DNA of 30,420 nucleotides. Origin: Vermamoeba vermiformis. Taxonomy: Eukaryota. Shown in pieces: positions 21,800 through 30,420 of the stretch. The notes under the pieces were generated by a model. That model was given only the letters and a program-made list of their open reading frames with translations. It was not told the DNA's origin and did no database searches. The stretch spans positions 248,001 through 278,420 of the forward strand of contig JBEWZL010000200.1 of assembly GCA_045837725.1 (NCBI GenBank), written 5' to 3'. Both the position numbers and the translations under genes were made by a program. Position 1 is the stretch's first letter. Every line of letters starts with the position of its first letter.

Positions 21800-23083
21800 T
21801 CACTGTGCAGGTCGACAGTTGACGCGGTGCTGCGGCCAGTGTTCGAGCTGATGTTCGCGACAGCAGTACTTGACAGCACGACACTGCGAACAGCGGAACA
21901 ATTGATAGGACTTGGAGCACACCACGCACTGCTGCTCGAGGTCGATGTTGAACCAGTTCTCGACTTGACGCACTTCACTGAACAGCTTGCCAATGTACGG
22001 ATGTGGATGCAGCACCCCGTCACTCACGCGCCACGAGTGCCAGCGCTGCAAGAACTGCGCGACTTCGAGGCCGTAGTTGGCTTTGTTGCTCACATTGCGC
22101 AACTTGCTGGCAATGTCGCGTCGCACAAAGCTGTAGTGATACATCTCTACCTCCCCGCGCTCAAACAGGCGGTGGCGCATCAGCTGTTCAGGTACTGCAG
22201 TGCGGCGTGTGGGATCGACAATCGCGGGGTGTGGGTGTGCGAGCAGAATGGGCGCGTCAGCACGACAGACGCAGATGAAGGGCACGGCATTGATCTCATC
22301 GGGGGGCCAGTACTCGTAGTGCGCAGTCTTGAAGAAGGTGCGCATGCGACAGGTGGTGCTGGTCCAGTGATTGAGCAGTATCTGTTGCTTGGCGTAGCGC
22401 AGTTCCTCGCTCTTGTAGCACTCGTCTGCGTCCAGACTCATGAAGTGCGTGCACCCTGCGGCCAGACACCGCTGACGACCTGCAGTGTGACACGTGTCAA
22501 ACATCAACCTCTGTCATGCGCTATTGTTGACGCACTCACCTAGCTCGCGCTTGCTCGTCTCGTTCATGAATTGTTCGCCAATGGTCTCCACAGAGCCGCC
22601 CACCTCTTCGGGGCTATGAAGAGCTGTCAGTGGCACTTTGCCGCGCTCGTGGCTGCTAGTACGTACCGCGCTCGTGGGGAAACAATTGCGAGTCTCTCAG
22701 TCACGGAGAAGGATCGCGGTGTGTAGTGGACCAGTTCGTCGATCAGACCTCTCTTCTTGAGATCAACGAGCAACTCTTCTAAGTGTGGATTGGCTTGGTT
22801 GCCAAAATTAGAAATAGTTTGATATACCACCACAATGTAGTCCACGTCATTGCGAATGGAGAGAATAGAGGCTTCTAACAGTTCTTCGGAATCGAAGACT
22901 AATTAAATAATTAGTCAATAAATTAATTTAATTAGCTAACATCATAGACGTAATCAACTATAAGGAACTGCGTAGAAAAAAATAAAATAAAAAAACAGGG
23001 ACTTGTTTGAATTTCCGGGCCTGGATCGTGTTTGACATTTAAATCGCTTGTTACGTACGGTTATAACAAGCCCCTAGGCGCAT
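21800..23083 (-). CDS. GT-A fold (GT2-like) glycosyltransferase domain fused to C-terminal MYND zinc finger, 4 exons
   Basis: MRLGACYNLFDSEELLEASILSIRNDVDYIVVVYQ..ETSKRELGRQRCLAAGCTHFMSLDADECY (DxD motif)..MYHYSFVR. C-terminus CVVC..CSQCRAVKYCCREHQLEHWPQHRVNC is a MYND finger. Confidence 0.8.
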
Positions 23084-23307
23084 TGTACTAGTACTAGACT
23101 GCACCTCCATAGCATGTGCTGTGTTATTCAGCTTGACAACTAAAGGTCAACAGAACAATTGTTGTTTTTGAGAATTCTCTGGATGCTGCTGCACGCCACA
23201 CCATTAATAATAAGCACCGCTGTAGCGTGGAGCGAATGACACGTCAGACATAGGCAAAGCACAGTAGCTAGATTTAAAGAGTATTTATTCAGGTAGGTCA
23301 CGCATTT

Positions 23308-24035
23308 TTAGTTCTTCTTCTTGTGAGAGACACCAACAGTTCTGCCTCTGCGACCAGTGGTCTTGGTGTGTTGACCGCGCACACGGACACCCCACCAGTG
23401 GCGCATACCACGGTGGCAACGGATCTTCTTCAAACGTTCAATATCTTCACGCAACTTGGTGTCGACGGCGTTGGCAACAACTTGACTGTAAGTACCGTCA
23501 CGGTGATCCTTTTGTCTGTTCAAGAACCAGTTGGGGATCTTGTAGTCCTTGGGGTTTTGGATGATCTTGACGATGCGATCAATTTCATCAGCCTTCAATT
23601 CACCAGCACTGAAATTAAAATTGTTTAATTACTTGCTAATAAATATTATATGTATATAAGATGTGATAATAAGCGGGTTACAATAAATTAATATTATCAA
23701 TAATTAATAAATTAAAAATTGATAATGGGCGCACTTACCGCTTGTTTAAATCGACCTCAGCCTTCTTGCAAACAATGTTGGCAAATCGGCGACCAATACC
23801 CTTAACGGCGGTCAAGGCATACATAATTTTTTGTCTGCCATCGATGTTGGAGTTCAAAATACGGAGAATGTGTTGGAACTCCTTCTCGTCGTTGTAAATA
23901 ACCAAAGAAGATGACTAAATAATAATAATTATTAATTATTCTACGTTGTGGATTAAATCTACATCTTCTTTCTACGCTATATTCGTGAATGCTGTAATAT
24001 TGGCTAGCGTAATAATAATTATTGATCCATACCAT
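23308..24035 (-). CDS. RPS18: 40S ribosomal protein S18 (uS13), 3 coding exons, first is ATG only
   Basis: [43 protein letters not shown] and [30 protein letters not shown]. Confidence 0.98.
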
Positions 24036-24230
24036 TTTATAAATGCGTGAGGCTGAGTTGTGCTCCTTGGACAAAATGCGAGGGAAGAAAAGGAAAGAAG
24101 CCAAACCGAGTGAGGTACTTTTCCTCCCTGAATTTTTTTGGGAGGAAAATTGATGTTTGTCATGACTTAATCTGTGCAATTAAGTCCCGCTATTGGATCG
24201 CGAATAACAATCGAAGGCAACACAACTGAA

Positions 24231-25129
24231 ATGTACAAACGACTATTGAATAAATCTAAACAAAAGGAGTTCGATGATTCTGACTCGGTTTCCTCTCAAG
24301 AGGAACCAAGATCTGTTGACGATCATGAAGTTAGCGACGAGGAAAATATGGAAAATAATGAAGATATTATAGAAAATGACGAGGAGCAGGAGGACAATCG
24401 CGACTTTGATATTACCGATCCAAATCTTGATGTGGTCACCGAAGATGAGTTAGCACAGTCTGGAAAGAATGCCAAAGGCGACTTTGTTTGTACATTATGC
24501 CCAAAGAAAAAATTGGATTCATTATTGGCGGTTCGCGAGCACCTCCAATCAAAGGTAAGCCTCAACGAAATTATTACTCTTGTTAATTATTATTTGTAGG
24601 GTCACTTAAAACGAGAACAAATTGCAGCTAAACTCGTCGCAGAAGAAGAAGAACGAATGCAAGTTGAAAAGAGCAAGGGCAAGAAGAAGAAGGTCGAGAC
24701 ATCGCCACAGGTTGACACAACTAGCCCCAAGACGAATAAGACCAACAAAAAGAAGCGACAGAGCGGCGAACAGAGTGCTGCAAGTGATGATGCGACAGTA
24801 CCCGCAGCGCGTGAGAAGAAGCAGCAGGGTGACAAGCACAGTGCACAGACCGAGAAACAGAGTGGTGACACGAACACGCGCGATTATAACAATAACACAA
24901 CAATAATAAGAAGAACCAGAACAGCAAGGGCCCCACTAAGACCGATCAAAGCGCGGCAGTGAAGAGTGACAATTTGAAGAGAAAGCGACCGCAAGAGACC
25001 GAGTCTGAAGAGCAGCCCCACAAGAAACAGAAGCGCGTTGAACAGCAATCTCCTGCTTCTAAAAAAGGAAATTCTAACAACGGCAGTACAAACTCTAAAA
25101 AAGGCACTGCAGCTAAGAACAAGAAGTAG
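24231..25129 (+). CDS. Acidic/basic protein with a single C2H2 zinc finger (probably nuclear or nucleolar); apparent 1-nt frameshift at ~24896
   Basis: FVCTLCPKKKLDSLLAVREHLQSK|GHLK across intron 24555-24599. The Lys-rich tail continues in the shifted frame to TAG 25129; the literal frame stops at 24962. Confidence 0.7.
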
Positions 25130-25339
25130 AATAACTAATATCAAGTGAATTGTACAATGCTGAGTGAGTAATAAACCCACGGAGTGTATATAGATCACAC
25201 AACAGCACCGCACTTTATTGCACGGAATACGCAAGACGTCTTTGCCAAATAAGGCAATACCTTCTGAGGGCTGCCTCCAAAGACTGCTTTCACCGTGCGC
25301 GCATCAAGTCACCAGTCACATCAAAGTCACTGCAACTCT

Positions 25340-26011
25340 CTACTGCGTGCCATCGCGATTGTCCATGTACACCAAGCTCTGTGTGATGGCATTCACAGGA
25401 CTCGCTTTGACACGTGTCAAATTGTGAATGTGACGGCGGATATTCGCCTCTAACTGCACGGTGCGCTCTCTGAACTGCGTGCCCTCATCGCTGTGCAGTA
25501 TATTCGATCGTTCGAGCACTACGCGCCCTGGTCTAGCGCGCATCTTGCGAGAGAGCAGCACTGCGTTCTGTTTGAACTTGAGCTCGCGCAGTGTGTGATG
25601 CAATTGACGTGCAATAGTGCTGGGCTCGCACAAAATGTTGGCATCGAGCAGTTGTTGGGGTAGCGGTCGTTTATCACTCGTAAGTAATTTTTCGATCAGA
25701 TGCGCCACAGCGTCAAACGGCATCCGCGTGCCTAGAGCCCAAATTTCTTCTGCGAAGTGAATATCGTTCTTAGAATCACTCTTTTCTTCTCCAAGTGATG
25801 AAGCAGGTTTCGAAATCCGTTCAGAAAATTCGAAATTATTTGTTGCATCCAGCCGAGTATCTTGGAGCGTAGTATTGTTGTCTGATACGCATGATATTAA
25901 TAATTGTTTAATTAATCTTTACATATACGCGAGAAATTACTTACTATTAAACACGGGACCTAATTTCAAAGTCGGAATTGCAACACGATCTTGCAGTACT
26001 AGCGCTGTCAT
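25340..26011 (-). CDS. RPEL-repeat (G-actin-binding-like) protein, 2 exons
   Basis: LIEKLLTSDKRPLPQQLLDANIL and LSRKMRARPGRVVLERSNIL match the RPEL pattern L..K...RP....L...NIL. ATG at 26011 with an in-phase GTAAGT..CAG intron. Confidence 0.72.
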
Positions 26012-26258
26012 GGTGGTGGTGTTGGATGTGACTCGTGGTCGTCAAGTTGTGTGGTGTTATGACTTTGGGCGGCAATAGTTGTCGCTCGCAGTTTTACTCG
26101 CAATCTTTTCGCGGTGCCGATGACATTTAGACAGGCAGTTCACTCGCGTCTACTGCGGGCTCGAGTATAATTGAATTTTACGCAAGGGAAATCTCCCGGC
26201 ACATGCGCGGCATTGGCCTGAACGGGCGCACAGGGCTAGTGTAGTATTACGACTAGCG

Positions 26259-27215
26259 ATGTACGCCTCTGGTGCATCCTCGTTTCACTTGTGGATTGTC
26301 GAGGAGTTTAACAACCTCAAAAAAGCCAAGCCTGATGCGACAGTTGATTATGTAGTAAGCAGCGAATATATTGCGAATATTATCAGTTAATAGTAATCAT
26401 ATTATTATGGAGGTACTGGACGATGTTCTCAAAATTAAACCACCACGAGAATACCCGTTAGAAACAGCGCATCTCGGCACGCTCTTCATCATGGATAAAG
26501 ACAAAGACGGTAAATTTAGCGTGCATGACCTCATAGACTTCGCGACATTGTATCATGAACGACAAGCGCGCCAGGATGTGGTTGATTTTTTGGTAATTAA
26601 TTTTAAAATTCATCAAAAATATTACACATTCATAGTCTGCCGTAAATGCTTTTAATAATAGTCGTATAATCGGTATTTCTACAATTTACGAGGCTAAAAT
26701 ATTTAGTTGCTGATCGGTTGGTTTGATCGAAACAGAAAGACTTTCAAGGGTTCTGCACCATGCAGCTGTGGTACTACGTGTCGCAACAGAATGGCGAACA
26801 AGCATTTGTCGAGTGGTTCTGCAAGCTATTCGCGCACAATATGACGGGCGAGGTCACGGGGCACTCGGGCACGATCTTCTTCAATCGCGATGCTGTCAAG
26901 ACACTCCACACCCTGCTGAATATGAGCAAGGCCTATGGATTGGATATACAGAGCTTTTTTGATCTGCTGCAACGTGTCGCTGAAGAGCAGGTAAGATCCG
27001 GTGTCAGATGAGGGTGACTGCCGTCGACAGTGCATCAGAATTACTCCGATATGAAAGTGGTCTAACGATATATACAGAAACAAATGCAGCTCGACGATGA
27101 ACAGCTTGATGATCTAGTTCCTCTCGCTGTACTGCGCAGATTCGCTACGGACTTTGTAGGTGGTTTCATCTCGTTCATGCAAGCACTAGGCTTCTCACCT
27201 GACAATGAATTGTAG
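26259..27215 (+). CDS. EF-hand-containing protein, 4 exons
   Basis: LFIMDKDKDGKFSVHDL EF-hand loop. Exons join in phase to ..LDDLVPLAVLRRFATDFVGGFISFMQALGFSPDNEL*. Confidence 0.78.
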
Positions 27216-27746
27216 AGCAGCATTCACTGCTGGTATACTCCCTGTACATATTAATCGACTTGTAAATTAAATTTCCTGCAAACATCCGCTTTTGTCGATC
27301 GTCTTTGTCAGTCCCGTGCAGCGCGATGAGGATAGTATTGAGCACTACGATCAAGACCACCCCTCGCGCCAACAGCTGCATAGTCCTTCAGATTTCATGC
27401 AGTGCTCAGTTGTCACTCTCGTTTTTGGGTCGCAAACCAACTCTGACTGCGCCTTGACCTCTCCGCGATTCTGGTACGTAGTTTGTTGGCCCTGCGCTGC
27501 TCGTGCGATGTCTCTCGGCGCACTGCTGCACGCGGTGCTGCTCCTGGAGGGGTCGACGATCGGATGCTCGAAAACGCAATAATTCAACGCGACGTTATTC
27601 GCATAATTTCTAACACTACTTCTCAACTGATTCATGCCTATTATGCACAGAAATACAGCGCTAATATTTCAGTCAAGAAGAGAAGTAATTTTTGACTTAG
27701 ATGGGTTTAATTTTAAAACTTCAACAACACTTGTAGATTATGTTTA

Positions 27747-29057
27747 ATGGTAATGCGACAGCGTGGACGTGATTATAAAAATTATATTAACGAATATAAA
27801 CGCCCCCAGACTGACACACCAAATCCATCGCAACAACAGAAGAAGACTGGCTTGCAGTGGCGAGGCAAAGACTTCTCCTTTGCGCGCCCTCAATCCACCA
27901 CCACACTACCCACCTCCCCTGCACCCAATCCGCACTCACCGCTCAGTGCCCCAACCACGCCTGTTAATAGCTCACCCCTCGTTACGCAGCCACATCCACT
28001 CACTCCCACACAGCCTGAACACACCGACACACATTCTATCACTACTCCTAGTCTCGAGCAGGGCACACAGGACACGAGTAGGACACTAGGCCCTGCACTG
28101 ACCGAGCACAAACCCGTTGTAAATATGATCAAGTCAGCCCCCAAGATGACCGCACTGCCTGTATATAGTCCCAACCCGCTGCAGTCGCGCGGTGTCGTCA
28201 GGGCACCCACCCCCGTGCTGCACGCACCGCCCCCCCACCCACTCACACCGACACAGCCCAAGATGGCAGCGACTGTGCGGCCAGTGGTCAGTCCGCCCCT
28301 CGTGCCTGAAGATCGCAAGCGCAAAGCAGATCAGATGATGTCCGCGAACACGCCTGAAATGCAGTACAAGCGGCGTGTGGTGCAAGCCCTGCAGAGTGAC
28401 GCGAAGAGTGCCGGACAGCCCGCACTGACACCGTTCCTCAACTGCGAGGACGTGCTAACGCGACTGCTGCCCTTTCACATCTTTCAGCCCGTGGACAGCG
28501 AGACCCTGGTCGATGGTCTGCGCGAAGAAGAGCTGCAAGTGCGCTATCAACAGCTGCTCGACGACTATCACGCGCGCAGTGCAGTGAGTGCGTGCAGCGA
28601 GGAGGCGCTGCTGATGGAACGGCTGCTGTGGAGCGAACAGCGCGAGGAGTTGCAAGCGAGTCGTGAGCTGTTGAACAAGTACCTCGCACAGCTGCAGCAA
28701 CAGCGGCAGTTGCAACAACAGCTGCTCCACTCCACCGTGAGCACTGGACCCAGCACCAACACCGTGCCCGCGGTGATGCACGGCACTGGCACACCACTGA
28801 CACCCGGGGCAGTGAAAGTGATTGCCAGCACACCGCACACCGCACCGCGCACACAGCCGCTCAATGTGGCCGTGATGGCACCTGGCATGGGCAAGACTGG
28901 CCTGCTCTCGGCACAGACCATGGCGCTGATTCAGAAAGTCGCGCATCATCAGAGTGTCAGACCGAGTGTGGTGACACCTGTCAATGTGGTGCCCGTACCA
29001 CCCGCGATCAGCAAAGACGAGCACGTGATCAATCTGTTGCCACAGAACAAGAGTTGA
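27747..29057 (+). CDS. GLTSCR1/BICRA-domain protein (putative non-canonical BAF subunit), Pro/Thr-rich
   Basis: 436-aa ORF. TPFLNCEDVLTRLLPFHIF followed by LLMERLLWSEQREE matches the GLTSCR1 domain pattern. Possible in-frame 60-nt intron at 27750-27809 after the ATG. Confidence 0.78.
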   Translation: MVMRQRGRDYKNYINEYKRPQTDTPNPSQQQKKTGLQWRGKDFSFARPQSTTTLPTSPAPNPHSPLSAPTTPVNSSPLVTQPHPLTPTQPEHTDTHSITTPSLEQGTQDTSRTLGPALTEHKPVVNMIKSAPKMTALPVYSPNPLQSRGVVRAPTPVLHAPPPHPLTPTQPKMAATVRPVVSPPLVPEDRKRKADQMMSANTPEMQYKRRVVQALQSDAKSAGQPALTPFLNCEDVLTRLLPFHIFQPVDSETLVDGLREEELQVRYQQLLDDYHARSAVSACSEEALLMERLLWSEQREELQASRELLNKYLAQLQQQRQLQQQLLHSTVSTGPSTNTVPAVMHGTGTPLTPGAVKVIASTPHTAPRTQPLNVAVMAPGMGKTGLLSAQTMALIQKVAHHQSVRPSVVTPVNVVPVPPAISKDEHVINLLPQNKS

Positions 29058-29139
29058 TGGCATGATGCGAATAAATAAGGTTGTATTATTGTTAAATAGG
29101 ACCATAGACTATGTACAATGTGAATACAATTGCGCGCTG

Positions 29140-30039
29140 TTAGCTGCCGTCCCCTGCGCGGTGCAGTCGCTGTTCCATGGCCTGCACCAGGGACAGCATT
29201 TCATCGACCAGGGCCACGCTCTGCACTGACAGCATCGTGCGCGGTGTGCTGCGCGGTGATTTGCTGGCTGTCACGTGCTCGGTACTGACAGGCACGTGAT
29301 TGGTTGATGCGTGTTCGGTACTGACAGGCACGTGATTGGTTGATGCGTGTTCGGTACTGACAGGCACGTGATTGGCTGTCACGTGCAGTCCATTGGTGCT
29401 GTCAGTCGTCTTACTCGCAGCACTGGCCGTGAGATCACGTGCCATGAGCTCGGCTTTGAGATCTTTAATCTCGTCACGTGCGCGCTGCAAGAGATCGGTG
29501 AGTTCATCGCGCTCAGTGTGCAGGTACGTGATCTCTTCCAGCTGCTTGTCAGTCACCTCACGCGCGCGCTTGACTTCATCGCTCAGTGTGCGCTCCACGC
29601 GCTCCAGTCGCTCGTTCTCTTGCTCCACACTCACCAGCTGTGCTTTCACTGAATCGTAGTCACGTGACAGTCGTGCCACACTCTCCTTCAGCTCGTCAAT
29701 CTGACCACTCGCATCACGTCGTGCCACCACTCCGCGCTCGCGCTCCTCCTCGACCACGCGCTTCATCTGCTCCACGGCACTCTGTCGCTCACGCTTCTCG
29801 CGCTCACTGCGCTCCAGCTCCTGCTCGACTTGACGCAGTTGTTCCGCTTGTCGCGCACTGGTCTCCTCCAGCTCCTTGATGGTCTCTTCGAGCTCCTGTT
29901 CGACCATCCTGCTCGACTGTTCGAGCTCGTCGTGCTGCGTCTCCAGCTCACTCAGCGCACTCTGCAGCTCCGTGCACCGCGCAGTCAGTTCCACCACTTG
30001 ACGCTGCAGTGCCTCCACGGATTGATTCGACTCGCTCAT
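29140..30039 (-). CDS. nudE: NudE/NDE1-NDEL1 family dynein regulator
   Basis: Coiled coil with ELEQSSRMVEQELE, VEQENERLERVER and LQRARDEIKDLKAEL. C-terminal helix VALVDEMLSLVQAMEQRL. Confidence 0.82.
   Translation of the reverse strand: MSESNQSVEALQRQVVELTARCTELQSALSELETQHDELEQSSRMVEQELEETIKELEETSARQAEQLRQVEQELERSEREKRERQSAVEQMKRVVEEERERGVVARRDASGQIDELKESVARLSRDYDSVKAQLVSVEQENERLERVERTLSDEVKRAREVTDKQLEEITYLHTERDELTDLLQRARDEIKDLKAELMARDLTASAASKTTDSTNGLHVTANHVPVSTEHASTNHVPVSTEHASTNHVPVSTEHVTASKSPRSTPRTMLSVQSVALVDEMLSLVQAMEQRLHRAGDGS
29279..29375. repeat. 36-nt coding tandem repeat, ~2.7 copies (NHVPVSTEHAST), each carrying CACGTG
   Basis: tcggtactgacaggcacgtgattggttgatgcgtgt starts at 29279 and 29315, with a partial copy at 29351. 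Confidence 0.95.
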
Positions 30040-30420
30040 CGTGCCCTGCGAGAGGTGTCAGTAGTGTCGTGGTGCAGCATCGATGCACGAGTGATAACGT
30101 CGCGCGGAATGGTGATTTAATTTAAATTCAGAATAATAATATCAATATCAATAATATATTTAGGAGCAGTATATGGCGTATTAATGTCATATAGAGCTGG
30201 GTTATCGCGTACAATGCAATACTTACTCAGATGTGTAAAGATATCATGTAATAATGCAAATTGAATTGAGATTGCCTGTTGATGACGAGCTGAATATACA
30301 CGATGCAACGAGGTCTATATATATATTAATTCTATGATGATGATCTATTGCCTCGTGTTTGTTCGACACGTGTCGCTGGATCTGATAATTAATTCAACTT
30401 CGTCATCACAAACACAACAC

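Larger units (their letters stand above)
4119..30375. repeat. Dispersed, highly iterated palindrome CACGTG, with extended forms TCACGTGA and TGACACGTGTCA
   Basis: About 70 CACGTG counted by eye. Perfect TGACACGTGTCA at 5055, 5319, 5421, 9350, 17321, 19603, 22488 and 25408. Confidence 0.92.

Noticed and set aside
21797-22543. 248-aa plus-strand ORF, and similar long antisense ORFs such as 28455-29105, 4482-4880 and 9989-10387
   Set aside because: These are antisense shadows of well-supported genes in GC-rich coding DNA, with no motifs of their own.
27430-27606. Minus-strand frame MRITSR-TGA-IIAFSS.. as a selenoprotein or read-through gene
   Set aside because: No redox motif context and no identifiable SECIS. 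Other genes here use TGA as a normal stop.
29279-29375. 36-nt repeats as a CRISPR-like array
   Set aside because: They are head-to-tail with no spacers and in frame within NudE, so an ordinary coding minisatellite.
1-30420. tRNA, rRNA, snRNA, SRP/RNase P RNA, transposase or retroelement genes; alternative genetic code
   Set aside because: No diagnostic motifs were seen by eye. TAA, TAG and TGA all terminate genes in this window.

Overview
Compact, intron-rich eukaryotic nuclear DNA, probably from a protist. An amoebozoan is plausible but cannot be proven from this window. It holds about 18 spliced genes with mostly 45-250 nt introns and intergenic gaps that are often only 80-250 bp. In order: a decayed duplicate of the AMP deaminase 3' end (1-287), two divergent orphan genes, AMP deaminase, an SRSF7/RSZ-like SR protein, a short SET/post-SET protein, U2SURP/SR140, RPL19, RAMP4/SERP1 (absent from the ORF track), TMEM94, FAM193-like, RPB11, a glycosyltransferase-MYND fusion, RPS18, a C2H2 zinc-finger protein, an RPEL-repeat protein, an EF-hand protein, a GLTSCR1/BICRA-domain protein and NudE. 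Five signals stand out. (1) The palindrome CACGTG is highly iterated, about 70 copies by eye against about 6 expected, and it invades coding sequence. (2) An extended 12-bp form, TGACACGTGTCA/TGACA-NN-TGTCA, sits mostly in the 3' part of short introns. (3) A 2.8-kb orphan cassette lies between the intact AMPD 3' end and a displaced, decaying copy, resembling gene-restoring integration. (4) There are two textbook U12-type introns and three GC-AG introns. (5) The SR gene has a candidate poison exon. Exon coordinates and counts were derived by eye. Four apparent single-base frameshifts suggest the assembly may carry indel errors.
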